Below, piece by piece: positions 50,394 through 59,028 of a stretch of DNA of 64,000 bases; the first letter of the stretch is position 1, and each line of letters starts with the position of its first letter. This DNA is from Burkholderiales bacterium. GTDB taxonomy: Bacteria > Pseudomonadota > Gammaproteobacteria > Burkholderiales > JAEUOS01. Where the stretch lies: positions 23,446-87,445 of the forward strand of contig JAEUOS010000066.1 of assembly GCA_016790695.1 (NCBI GenBank), read 5' to 3'. The position numbers and the translations under genes are program-made. The notes beneath the pieces are model-generated. The model saw only the letters and a program-made list of their open reading frames with translations. It did no database searches and had not been told where the DNA came from.

Positions 50394-51416
50394 ATGAAAA
50401 TGAAGCTGATTGCCGCGGCCGCGGCCGCAATGTTCCTGCACGCGGGCGCCGGCGTTGCGCAAACCACGCTCACCATGTCGAGCTGGGTCCCGCCCACGCA
50501 TTCGCTGACCCGCGACGTGCTCGGCGGCTGGGCCAGGGAAGTCGAGCGCGTCACCAGCGGCCGCGTCAAGCTGCAGATGCTGCCCAAGCATCCCATTGCC
50601 CCGGCCGGAACGTTCGATGCCGTTCGCGATGGTCTGGTCGACGTCTCCTACGTGACCGCCAGCTACACCCCGGCGCGCCATCCGCTGCCGCTCCTGGCCG
50701 AATTGCCGGGTGCCGGTGCCACCGCCGAGATCAATTCGGTCGCCTACTCGCGCATCCACTGGAAGTACCTGCACCAGGCCGGCGAGTACAAGGGGGTCAA
50801 GCTGCTGGGCGTGTTCACCCACGGTCCCGGGCAGATGTTCATGGCCAAGAAGCCCGTCAGCTCGGTGGCCGACCTGGCCGGCGTGAAGATCCGTTCGGGC
50901 GGCGGCATCTCGGAAGCCTCGGCCAAGGCGCTCGGCGCGTCGCCGTTCGTCAAGCCGGCGCCGGAGTCCTACGAACTGCTGTCGTCGGGCGTCGCCGACG
51001 GCACCTTCTTCCCCTCGGAGTCGATCAAGTCGTTCAAGCTCGACAAGGTCGTCAAGTACGCGACCGTGTTTCCCGGCGGGTTCTATTCGTCGTCGTTCGG
51101 CTTCTTCATGAACGAGGACAAGTGGAACAAGCTCTCCAAGCAGGACCAGGACGCGATCATGTCGGTTTCCGGCGAGGCGCTGGCCCGCCTGGCAGGCAAG
51201 TCCTGGGATGCGGCTGACAAGGAGGGCTGGGAAGCGCTGCGCGCCGCCGGTGCGGTGATCCAGAACGCGAGCCCGGAATTCGTCGCCGAGGTGCGCAAGC
51301 GCACCGAGCCGCTGGTGCAGGACTGGATCAAGGCCGCCAAGGCCAAGGGCATCGACGGCGACAAGGTCGTGACCGAATTCCGCGCCGAGCTGAGGCGCGT
51401 CGCCGACGGCAAGTGA
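50394..51416 (+). CDS. TRAP transporter substrate-binding protein (DctP family)
   Basis: ATG 50394 with GAGGAG upstream. Signal peptide MKMKLIAAAAAAMFLHAGAGVAQ. DctP-like length and pattern. Confidence 0.85.
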   Translation: MKMKLIAAAAAAMFLHAGAGVAQTTLTMSSWVPPTHSLTRDVLGGWAREVERVTSGRVKLQMLPKHPIAPAGTFDAVRDGLVDVSYVTASYTPARHPLPLLAELPGAGATAEINSVAYSRIHWKYLHQAGEYKGVKLLGVFTHGPGQMFMAKKPVSSVADLAGVKIRSGGGISEASAKALGASPFVKPAPESYELLSSGVADGTFFPSESIKSFKLDKVVKYATVFPGGFYSSSFGFFMNEDKWNKLSKQDQDAIMSVSGEALARLAGKSWDAADKEGWEALRAAGAVIQNASPEFVAEVRKRTEPLVQDWIKAAKAKGIDGDKVVTEFRAELRRVADGK

Positions 51417-51432
51417 AACGGGGCCGGGCCGG

Positions 51433-52170
51433 GTGAACGACGTTCGCGAGGCCCTCACCCGCTGCGCGTGGATTCTGGCCGATGAAGGCCATGAATCCGG
51501 CCTCGCCGGCCAGCTGACCGCGCGGGGCAGCGCGGCCGGCACCTACTGGACCCTGCCGCTCGGGCTGGCCTTCGACGAGGCCACCGAGGCGGCCTGGCTG
51601 CTGATCGATGACGAGATGCGCGTGCGCGCCGGCGACGGTTTCGTCGCCGGAAGCGGCACGGGGCGCGCACGGGTGCGCGAGCCCAATCCGGCTACCCGCT
51701 TCCACCTGTGGGTGTACCGCGCGCGTGCCGACGTCGGCGCGATCGTGCATACCCATCCGCGCGCCGTCTCGGCGCTCGCGGCCGCGCGGGTGCCGCTGGT
51801 GATCGGGCACATGGACGCGACCCCGCTGTTCGACGATCTCGCGTTCCTGCCGGAATGGCCGGGACTGCCGACGGCCGACCGCGAGGGCGAGATCATCGCC
51901 GCCGCGCTGGGCGGCAAGCATGCGATCGTGCTCGCCAATCACGGCATGCTGACCGCCGGACGCTCGGTCGCCGAGGCGACCTTTCTGGGGGTGTTCATGG
52001 AGCGCATGGCGCGGCTGCAGCTCGACGCGGCCGCGGTCGGCGGCGTCAAGGCGGTCGATGCCGCGGAGGCAGCCCGTGCGCGGGACTTCCTGCGCAGCGA
52101 CCGCATCATGGACCTGACATTCGACGCCTGGGCGCGCAAGGCGTCCGCGCGGCGCAAGGGGATCGCGTGA
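51433..52170 (+). CDS. Class II aldolase/adducin family protein (embedded in the TRAP operon)
   Basis: GTG start. RFHLWVYRARADVGAIVHTHPRA and LANHGMLTAG blocks. Stop overlaps the dctQ-type GTG start. Confidence 0.75.
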   Translation: MNDVREALTRCAWILADEGHESGLAGQLTARGSAAGTYWTLPLGLAFDEATEAAWLLIDDEMRVRAGDGFVAGSGTGRARVREPNPATRFHLWVYRARADVGAIVHTHPRAVSALAAARVPLVIGHMDATPLFDDLAFLPEWPGLPTADREGEIIAAALGGKHAIVLANHGMLTAGRSVAEATFLGVFMERMARLQLDAAAVGGVKAVDAAEAARARDFLRSDRIMDLTFDAWARKASARRKGIA

Positions 52171-52655
52171 AGCAACTCGATGTCTGGCTCAACCGTCTGC
52201 TCGGCGCGTCGGGGGCGCTGGTGCTGATGGTGCTCATGCTGCTCACCGCGGTCGACGTGGTCGGGCGCAAGCTCGACGTGCCGATCCGCGGCGGCGTGGA
52301 AATGGCGGAGATCCTGCTGGCGATGCTGATCTTCGCCGGCCTGCCGCTGGTCTCGGAGGCGCGCCAGCACATCGTCATCGACACCCTCGAGGGCTTCATG
52401 TCGACCGCCGTGCGGCGGACGCTCGACGCGCTCGCCAACGCGATCTGCGCGGTGACCATGTTCGGCATGGCGTGGATGTTCTATGCCAAACGGGTGGTGC
52501 GGGTGGCGGAAGCCGGCGACACCACCAGCGTGCTCAAGATCGAGCTCACGCCGGTGGCCTGGTTCCTGCTCGTGATGATCGTCGTCACCGGACTGGTGCA
52601 CGTGGCGCTGATGTTCGTGCCGCCCGGCGAGGAAGATGGAGGCACTGCGGTATGA
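52167..52655 (+). CDS. TRAP transporter small permease (DctQ family)
   Basis: GTG 52167 overlaps the upstream TGA. 162 aa with four hydrophobic helices. Stop overlaps the dctM-type ATG. Confidence 0.75.
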   Translation: MKQLDVWLNRLLGASGALVLMVLMLLTAVDVVGRKLDVPIRGGVEMAEILLAMLIFAGLPLVSEARQHIVIDTLEGFMSTAVRRTLDALANAICAVTMFGMAWMFYAKRVVRVAEAGDTTSVLKIELTPVAWFLLVMIVVTGLVHVALMFVPPGEEDGGTAV

Positions 52656-53947
52656 CCCCGGCCCTGATCGGATTTGCCGTCATGCTGCTGCTCGCGTTCG
52701 GGCGGGTGCCGATCGCGCTGGCGATGGCGCTGACCGGCTTCGGCGGGCTGGCCATACTCAAGGGCATCAACCCGGCCATGAGTTCGGTGGCCGCGACGAT
52801 CTGGGAGTCGGGCTTCCAGATCACGCTGTCGGTGATCCCCCTGTTCATCCTGATGGGCAACTTCGTCACCAAGGCCGGCATGGCGCGCGAGCTCTACCGC
52901 GCCGCGCATGCGTTCGTCGGTCATCTGCGCGGCGGCCTGGCGATGGCCACGATCATGGCCTGCGCGGGGTTCGGCGCGATCTGCGGCTCGTCGATCGCCA
53001 CCGCCGCGACGATGACCAAGGTGGCCTACCCGTCGATGAAGGAGGTCGGCTACAGCGACGAACTCGCCACCGGGGCGATCGCCGGCGGCGGCACGCTGGG
53101 CATCCTGATCCCGCCGTCGACGATCATGGTGATCTACGGCATCATGACCGAGACCAACATCGGCAAGCTGTTCGCCGCCGGCGTCCTGCCGGGTATCCTC
53201 GCGGTCGTGCTCCTGTGCCTGGCGGTGCAGTTCATCGCCTGGCGCAATCCCGCGGCCGGCCCGCGCGACCGGCGCGCGTCCTGGGGCGAGCGCCTCACCG
53301 CGGTGCGCGAGATCTGGGGCGTGGTGGTGCTGTTCGCGGTGGTCATGGGCGGCATTTACGGCGGCCTGTTCACCGCGACCGAGGGCGCAGGCATCGGCGC
53401 GTTCGGCGCGTTCCTGTTCGCGCTCGCGCGCCGCACGCTGTCGTGGAAGATCCTCTACGAAGTCCTGACCGAGAGCGCGCGGACGACCGCGATGCTGTTC
53501 ATGATCCTGATCGGCGCGCTGATCTTCGCCAATTTCATCAACTTCACCTCGATGCCCAACGACCTGCGGGACTTCGTGGCGCGCTACCAGATCAGCCCGA
53601 CCATGGTGATGGTCGCGATCTGCGTGATCTACGTGATCCTGGGAACGGCGATGGAGGAACTGTCGATGATCCTGCTCACCGTGCCGATCTTCTTTCCCCT
53701 GGTGGTCGGGCTCGGATTCGACCCGGTCTGGTTCGGCATCATCATCGTCGTGGTCGTCGAGATCGGCCTGATCAGCCCGCCGGTGGGAATGAACATGTTC
53801 GTCGTGCGCAGCCTGCTGCCGTCGGTGTCGACGGCGACGATCTTCCGCGGCGTCACGCCGTTCGCGATCGCCGATGTGGTGCGCCTGGCGATCCTGGTCG
53901 CGTTTCCCCCGATCGCGCTCTGGCTGCCGACCGCCCTGAAGCTGTAG
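52652..53947 (+). CDS. TRAP transporter large permease (DctM family)
   Basis: 431 aa, polytopic. GGLAMATIMACAGFGAICGSSIATAATM and GTLGILIPPS are DctM-like. Confidence 0.9.
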   Translation: MTPALIGFAVMLLLAFGRVPIALAMALTGFGGLAILKGINPAMSSVAATIWESGFQITLSVIPLFILMGNFVTKAGMARELYRAAHAFVGHLRGGLAMATIMACAGFGAICGSSIATAATMTKVAYPSMKEVGYSDELATGAIAGGGTLGILIPPSTIMVIYGIMTETNIGKLFAAGVLPGILAVVLLCLAVQFIAWRNPAAGPRDRRASWGERLTAVREIWGVVVLFAVVMGGIYGGLFTATEGAGIGAFGAFLFALARRTLSWKILYEVLTESARTTAMLFMILIGALIFANFINFTSMPNDLRDFVARYQISPTMVMVAICVIYVILGTAMEELSMILLTVPIFFPLVVGLGFDPVWFGIIIVVVVEIGLISPPVGMNMFVVRSLLPSVSTATIFRGVTPFAIADVVRLAILVAFPPIALWLPTALKL

Positions 53948-53981
53948 CCGTCGGTCCCCGGCGCCGGGTCGCGCGCGGGGA

Positions 53982-54998
53982 TCAGGCGGCCAGCGGCTGG
54001 CGCGACCGTACGGTCGCGACCGCCTTCGCCTCCGACAGGCTGGAACAATACCCGCAGGCATAGAGGCAGCCGGCGAGCTGGCTGATGATGGCGGCCGGGA
54101 TCGGCTGGTCGCCGTCGAGGGCGGCCCGGATCCAGGCGGCGGTGGCGCGTGCGTCCGCGGGCTCGGCCGCCGCCGGTGCGCTGCGGCCGGTGCCCTGCTC
54201 GGCGGGGAACAGCACCTCCGCCGCGCCGTCGACGAAGGCCTCGATCTGCGGACGTCGCCGCGGGTTGGCATAGGCCTCACCCTCGGTGCCGCGCATCAGC
54301 AGGGCGGCGCCGTCGCTCTGCGACAGAAATTCGCGCAGCTTGTCGGCGTAGGCCGGATGGGTGACGCTGATCATGCGCAGTCCGCCGCCATCGGCGGAGA
54401 ACGGGTCGATCAGCTTGGCCATGGTGTGTGCGCAGCTGCGCAGCCCAAGCCGGCTGCGCAGCGCAAGCAGGTTCGACAAGCCGGGGGCAAGCGCGCCGAT
54501 CGGGACGAAGGCCATGCCGTCGCGCTGCAATGCCTCCTGAGCGTGACGCAGGCTGGCGCACGGGAACAGGCCGAATTCGCGGAATACATAGGCCGCGGCG
54601 ACGCGGCCGTCGCTTTCCAGCACGCCATGCACGAGGACCGGCACGCCGATGCGCCGGAGCAGCAGGACGAGCAGCGGCATCAGGTTCGGCTGCCGGCGTG
54701 CCCCGTTGTAGCTCGGGATGACCACCGTGCGAATGCCCGGGACCGGGGCCCGGAGCTGGGCCAGCCGGGCACCCAGCGCCGCATGGAATCCGAGCAGCTC
54801 GGAGAGCGATTCGGTCTTCAGGCGCAGCGCGAGCAGGATGGCGCCGAGCTCGAGATCGGGCACGCCGCCGTCGAGCATGGCGCCGAACAGGGTCGCCGCC
54901 TCGTCGGTGCCGAGATCGCGCGCGCCGCGCTCGCCACGGCCAATCTGCTTCAGGCAGGCGGACAGGTTCATCGGAGGTGCGTCCCGCAGGTTGCGCAA
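53982..54998 (-). CDS. Glycosyl transferase family 3 / TrpD2 (YbiB-like) protein
   Basis: 338 aa. N-terminal helical bundle LFGAMLDGGVPDLELGAILLALRLKTES and an anthranilate-PRT-like core. An alternative start (MNLSAC) is at 54971. Confidence 0.75.
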   Translation of the reverse strand: MRNLRDAPPMNLSACLKQIGRGERGARDLGTDEAATLFGAMLDGGVPDLELGAILLALRLKTESLSELLGFHAALGARLAQLRAPVPGIRTVVIPSYNGARRQPNLMPLLVLLLRRIGVPVLVHGVLESDGRVAAAYVFREFGLFPCASLRHAQEALQRDGMAFVPIGALAPGLSNLLALRSRLGLRSCAHTMAKLIDPFSADGGGLRMISVTHPAYADKLREFLSQSDGAALLMRGTEGEAYANPRRRPQIEAFVDGAAEVLFPAEQGTGRSAPAAAEPADARATAAWIRAALDGDQPIPAAIISQLAGCLYACGYCSSLSEAKAVATVRSRQPLAA

Positions 54999-55173
54999 GC
55001 AGTCATCGGCATGGCCTCCCTCGCCGCCGCGCGCCGCGCCGGATGCGGCAGCGCTCCCTCATTGCAGAGCAAGGGGCGTGCCGGCCGGCCGGCGCCGGCA
55101 CGCGCGCCACAAGGATTGCGTTCTTTTGTACACTCGTGCCCACCGGCCACGCCATCCGTGCAGGAGAGTCCGC

Positions 55174-55416
55174 ATGTTCGCCATCGTGTACAAGGAGGAT
55201 CGGGTTCCGATGTGCGCCCGCCTGCGGGAATCCGGTCCGGACGCGATCGTGATCTGGGACAGTGCGCCGAAGGCGACCGCGTTTCTCGAATCCAAGGGCG
55301 CGGAGTTCGTGTCCGGCTACGTGGTGGTTGCGATCTCCGACGAATCCCTCAAGGACATGGCCCAGGCCCTGGGCGTGAAGGAAGAGGACATCGAGCTCGT
55401 GCCTTTCCCGGCCTAG
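55174..55416 (+). CDS. Small hypothetical protein (80 aa)
   Basis: AGGAGA 6 nt upstream of ATG 55174. Balanced, non-Arg-biased composition (MFAIVYKEDRVPMCARLRESGPD...). No recognised motif. Confidence 0.5.
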   Translation: MFAIVYKEDRVPMCARLRESGPDAIVIWDSAPKATAFLESKGAEFVSGYVVVAISDESLKDMAQALGVKEEDIELVPFPA

Positions 55417-55664
55417 CCCTCGACGGGTCGGTCGATCCGGATCGCGATCCGGACCCCCGCCGCCGCGCACCCGCGCGGCGCGTCGTTGCGGCGCCCGGCG
55501 GACATTCCGCCCCTTCAGCGTGCGTGCGGCTGCGGCGAACGCCGCGGCGCCCACCTGCCCTCTGCACCGGAATGGTGAGGATGCACCGTCTCGGTAGTGC
55601 AGAGCTTCATTTGAGAATTTACTTTAAACAAATCCCTTTAGGGTTGTTGTGCAAGCATTTGTGT

Positions 55665-55694
55665 TTGCACGAGAAGTTATCGTAAGACTATGAT
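55665..55694 (+). promoter_or_regulatory. Sigma70-like promoter TTGCAC-N18-TATGAT in the AT-rich intergenic patch
   Basis: Hexamers read directly. About 90 nt upstream of the M48-like gene start. The -35 is weak. Confidence 0.3.
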
Positions 55695-55786
55695 TTGAAA
55701 GCCTTTTTTTGTGCTCGACGCTTGTTGCGCGGGCCGCGCCGCGGGTATGATGACCTCTTCATTCCGTCAGAAGGTCGCTGCGCGAA

Positions 55787-56785
55787 ATGCGACGAGCCGA
55801 GACGTCGAGTTGGTGTTCCGGGCCCCTTCGGGAGGTCCGGCGGCGCTCGACTGCCGCAGCGTGCAGCGTGGCGATGCTCGTGACGTGCGGCGTCGCCCGC
55901 GCCGATGAACAGGCGTGGCCGCCGGGTCCCGGTGCGGCCGGTCTGTCCGTCGCCGCCCTCCATTCCGACCTCAAGTTCAGCTTGCTCACGCCGGCGCCCG
56001 CGCGCGGCGAGGCCGCGGCGGACGCGCTGCATCGGCAGGCGCGTCGCCTGCTGGGGGCACTCGCTTCCTCGGCCACCCGCCTGTATCCCGACGCGCTCGG
56101 TCGCATCGGCGGGTTCGACGTGTTCGTGGCGGATTCCCCGGACGTGGGCGCGGCATCGAGCGCGAGCGGACGCATCGCGCTCAACGCCGGATTCGCGGCG
56201 CTTGCCCCGACCGATGACTGGCTGGCCTTCGTCATTGCGCGCGAGATGGGCCATGTGATCGCCGGCCATCACGACAGCAATTCCACCGCATCGATCATCA
56301 CCTCGGTGGTGATGAACCTCGTGCTGCCAGGCAGCCAGCTGGTCAAGAGCGCCCTGTCGTTCGCCGGCTCGCAGGCGGCGGCGGTCGGGTCACGTGACCG
56401 CCAGCGTGGCGAAGCCGATCAGGTGGCGATCCGGCTGCTCGAAGGTGCGGGATTCACCGCCAAGACCCTGGCGTTGAATCTGGCCGTGGGGCCGGGTGCG
56501 TCGAGCCTCGGCGATTCCAGCTGGGCGCAGGCGTTTGCGACGACATCGCAGGCGCTGCTGGCGCGATTTCGCCCGGCGCCCGACGCGCGCGGCGGCCCCG
56601 TCGCGGTCGCCGCGGTCGCCGCGGGCGCTGCCGCGGCCCCGGCGCCTGGCGCGCGCCATCTGGGCAATCCCGGCAGCCCGTCCGGTCTCGCGCCGGAAGA
56701 TATCGTCGTGACCCGTCGCCCGTCCGGCATGCCCGGACCCCTGATGCTCGGCGGTCATCTCGTGCCGGTGCGCAGGATCGAGTAG
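55787..56785 (+). CDS. M48-like putative lipoprotein with degenerate zinc motif (RExxH)
   Basis: Lipobox-like AMLVTCG. M48-type blocks FVIAREMGHVIAGHH and GEADQVAIRLLEGAGF. The first His of HExxH is Arg (CGC at 56240-56242). Confidence 0.6.
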   Translation: MRRAETSSWCSGPLREVRRRSTAAACSVAMLVTCGVARADEQAWPPGPGAAGLSVAALHSDLKFSLLTPAPARGEAAADALHRQARRLLGALASSATRLYPDALGRIGGFDVFVADSPDVGAASSASGRIALNAGFAALAPTDDWLAFVIAREMGHVIAGHHDSNSTASIITSVVMNLVLPGSQLVKSALSFAGSQAAAVGSRDRQRGEADQVAIRLLEGAGFTAKTLALNLAVGPGASSLGDSSWAQAFATTSQALLARFRPAPDARGGPVAVAAVAAGAAAAPAPGARHLGNPGSPSGLAPEDIVVTRRPSGMPGPLMLGGHLVPVRRIE

Positions 56786-56903
56786 CCGCGCGCGGCGCGC
56801 GCGCACATCCTTCACGCGATCGCGCGGTCCGCACTCCTCGGATCGTGGGTGGGCGCCCCGCAGCGCTCCAGGGTGTGGCCCCGTGCCGCGCCGGGCCCTG
56901 GCG

Positions 56904-57758
56904 CTACAACCCGAGGAGCTCGAGCGCGGCCCGATGCAGCGGGCTGCCCGGGACCGCCAGGGTGTCGCCGATGCTGAAGTGGTGGTGCCCGGGCATCGCG
57001 ACATCGCGCCGGAAGACGGTCGCCCATTGCCGGCCGATGAGCTGATTCTGGCGCTTGAATTCGTCGCTTTCATCGCCGCCGACCGCGGTGATGAGCGGGG
57101 CCAGGGTGGCGGGCTTCATCCACGCCGGGGACAGGTGCGCCACGCGCTCCAGGTCCAGTCGAAGATCGTCGTTGAGGAACGCGGCGTGCATGATCGGTTC
57201 CAGGTCGTACAGGCCGCTGATCGCCAGCGCGCCCTTGACCACGTTGGGCGGCAGGCTCCCGTGCCATCGCGGCCACTGGCAGGCCAGCATCAGCGCGGCG
57301 AGGTGGCCGCCGGCCGAATGACCGGCGACATACAGGTGCTGCGGATCGGCGCCGTACTGGCCCGCGTGCTGATAGCACCACGTGATCGCGCCGAGCACGT
57401 CGCGCACCAGGTCTTCCAGCGGCACCGACGGCACCAGGCGGTAGTTGATCACCGCCACCGCGGCGCCGGCGCGCGTGAAGGCCGGCGCCAGATAGGAGAA
57501 GTCCGACTTGTCCAACGCGCGCCAGTAGCCGCCGTGGATGAACACCAGCAGCGGCGCGCCGCCGGCGCGCGCGCGGCGCGCCGGAAAGAAGTCGAGCGTC
57601 TGCCCGGGTTCCGCGCCGAAGGCGATGTCGAGATAGCAGGGCTCGGCCAGCCGGACGGCGCGCGAATCGGCCGCCCAGCGCGCGAAATACTGCGCATGGT
57701 CGGGCACGCGCGCGCGCGCGTTGTATTCGCGATTGCAGGTGTCGGGGTCGTAGCGCAT
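56904..57758 (-). CDS. Alpha/beta hydrolase (esterase/arylformamidase-like)
   Basis: 284 aa from MRYDPDTCNREYN. Oxyanion block FIHGGYW, nucleophile elbow AGHSAGGH. GGAG upstream of ATG 57758. Confidence 0.8.
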   Translation of the reverse strand: MRYDPDTCNREYNARARVPDHAQYFARWAADSRAVRLAEPCYLDIAFGAEPGQTLDFFPARRARAGGAPLLVFIHGGYWRALDKSDFSYLAPAFTRAGAAVAVINYRLVPSVPLEDLVRDVLGAITWCYQHAGQYGADPQHLYVAGHSAGGHLAALMLACQWPRWHGSLPPNVVKGALAISGLYDLEPIMHAAFLNDDLRLDLERVAHLSPAWMKPATLAPLITAVGGDESDEFKRQNQLIGRQWATVFRRDVAMPGHHHFSIGDTLAVPGSPLHRAALELLGL

Positions 57759-57766
57759 CGGGACTC

Positions 57767-58585
57767 CTACGTGCCGGGGGCGGCCGGCGTCTTGTCGGCG
57801 AACGGCTGCAGGCCGAGCGTCTTGACGATGGTGTCGACCAGGGTCTGCTTCTTGTAGGGCTTCGCCACATAGGCGCTCGCGCCCAGTGCCAGCCCCTTGA
57901 AGACGTCCTGCTGGCTGGCCATCGCGGTCAGCATGATCACCGGGACCGGCTTCAAGCGCGGATGCTGGCGCATGCGCGCGAGGATGTCGAAGCCGTTGGT
58001 CCCCGGCAATTCGATGTCGAGCAGGACGCAGTCCGGCAACGGGCTCTTGTTGAGCTCGGCGATGATCTCCTCGCGCGTCGCGGCGTGGCGCTGCCTGAAC
58101 CCGGCCTTCATCACGATGTTCTGGGCGAAACGCGCCTGGATTTCGTCGTCCTCGATGATGAGGAGGGTAATGTCGGTCCATGCCTTGCCCAGCGGCGTCA
58201 TGGCCGCGGCGGCGGAGAGCTGCAGAAAGGAGCCGGTCTTTGTGAGCACGTCGTGACCGTCGGTGGCGGCCATGGCGATGCGCCGCGCCTCCTCTTCCGA
58301 GAGCGACGGGGCGTCGAGCGTCTTCTCGAAGTGCGCGGTGAAGTCGAGGTCGTGCTCGACACCGGCCTGCAGCGCGACCAGGTACCCGCCCGCGATCAGG
58401 CGGTCGAGCGCGGCCCGCAGATCGGGTTCGGGCATGCGGATCGCGCGCTTCTTGATCAGGTCGAAATGCGTCTCGCCCGACACCAGCGCCAGCACGCGGA
58501 TGAGTTCGGGCGCGATCTGCCCGGCCTGTCCGCGCATCGCGCGCTCTCCGGTTTCGGTGCGGCGGTAGATCTTGTCCTGCGCCAT
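57767..58585 (-). CDS. Response regulator with C-terminal receiver and uncharacterised N-terminal domain
   Basis: 272 aa from MAQDKIYRRTE. Receiver LLIIEDDE...VLLDIELPG...MLTA...AKP occupies the C-terminal half. I did not recognise the N-terminal 140 aa or so. Confidence 0.8.
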   Translation of the reverse strand: MAQDKIYRRTETGERAMRGQAGQIAPELIRVLALVSGETHFDLIKKRAIRMPEPDLRAALDRLIAGGYLVALQAGVEHDLDFTAHFEKTLDAPSLSEEEARRIAMAATDGHDVLTKTGSFLQLSAAAAMTPLGKAWTDITLLIIEDDEIQARFAQNIVMKAGFRQRHAATREEIIAELNKSPLPDCVLLDIELPGTNGFDILARMRQHPRLKPVPVIMLTAMASQQDVFKGLALGASAYVAKPYKKQTLVDTIVKTLGLQPFADKTPAAPGT

Positions 58586-58608
58586 TGCTCTCGTGCGCCT
58601 CGCGAGGA

Positions 58609-59013
58609 TCAGCCGAAGCTCGGCTTGAACGCCGGGTCGACGTCGACGCGGAAGCCGTTGGCCAGTCGGTTGGTCTTGTTGGCGAGCGCGGTCACGGCGA
58701 GCACCTCGGCGAACATGGCGTCGGTCATGCCCTGGCGCCGTGCCGAGGCGGTGTGCGAGTGGCTGCAGTACTCGCAGTTGTTGGTCGCCGAAACCGCGAT
58801 GTAGATCAGCTCCTTGGTCAGCGGGTCGAGCGCGCCGGGTGCCATCACGTCGCGCACTTCCTCCCAGGTGCGCCTGAGGAGGGCGGGATCGCAGGCGAGC
58901 ACCTTCCAGAAATTGTTCACGGCGCCGACCTTGCGGGTGGCCATGATGTCGTCGTAGACCGCCCGCACTTCGGGGCTGGCGTCGGCGTATTCGACAGGCT
59001 TGGTGAGCGACAT
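58609..59013 (-). CDS. Carboxymuconolactone decarboxylase / AhpD-like family protein
   Basis: 134 aa. CMD-family CxxC-type motif NNCEYCSHSH. Confidence 0.8.
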   Translation of the reverse strand: MSLTKPVEYADASPEVRAVYDDIMATRKVGAVNNFWKVLACDPALLRRTWEEVRDVMAPGALDPLTKELIYIAVSATNNCEYCSHSHTASARRQGMTDAMFAEVLAVTALANKTNRLANGFRVDVDPAFKPSFG

Positions 59014-59028
59014 GATCGGGCTCGCGCG

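Noticed and set aside
55695-55908. Small ORFs (62-65 aa) in and after the AT-rich intergenic patch.
   Set aside because: They have no Shine-Dalgarno sequence and an Arg/Ala-biased composition, and they overlap the start region of the M48-like gene. They are most likely non-coding.
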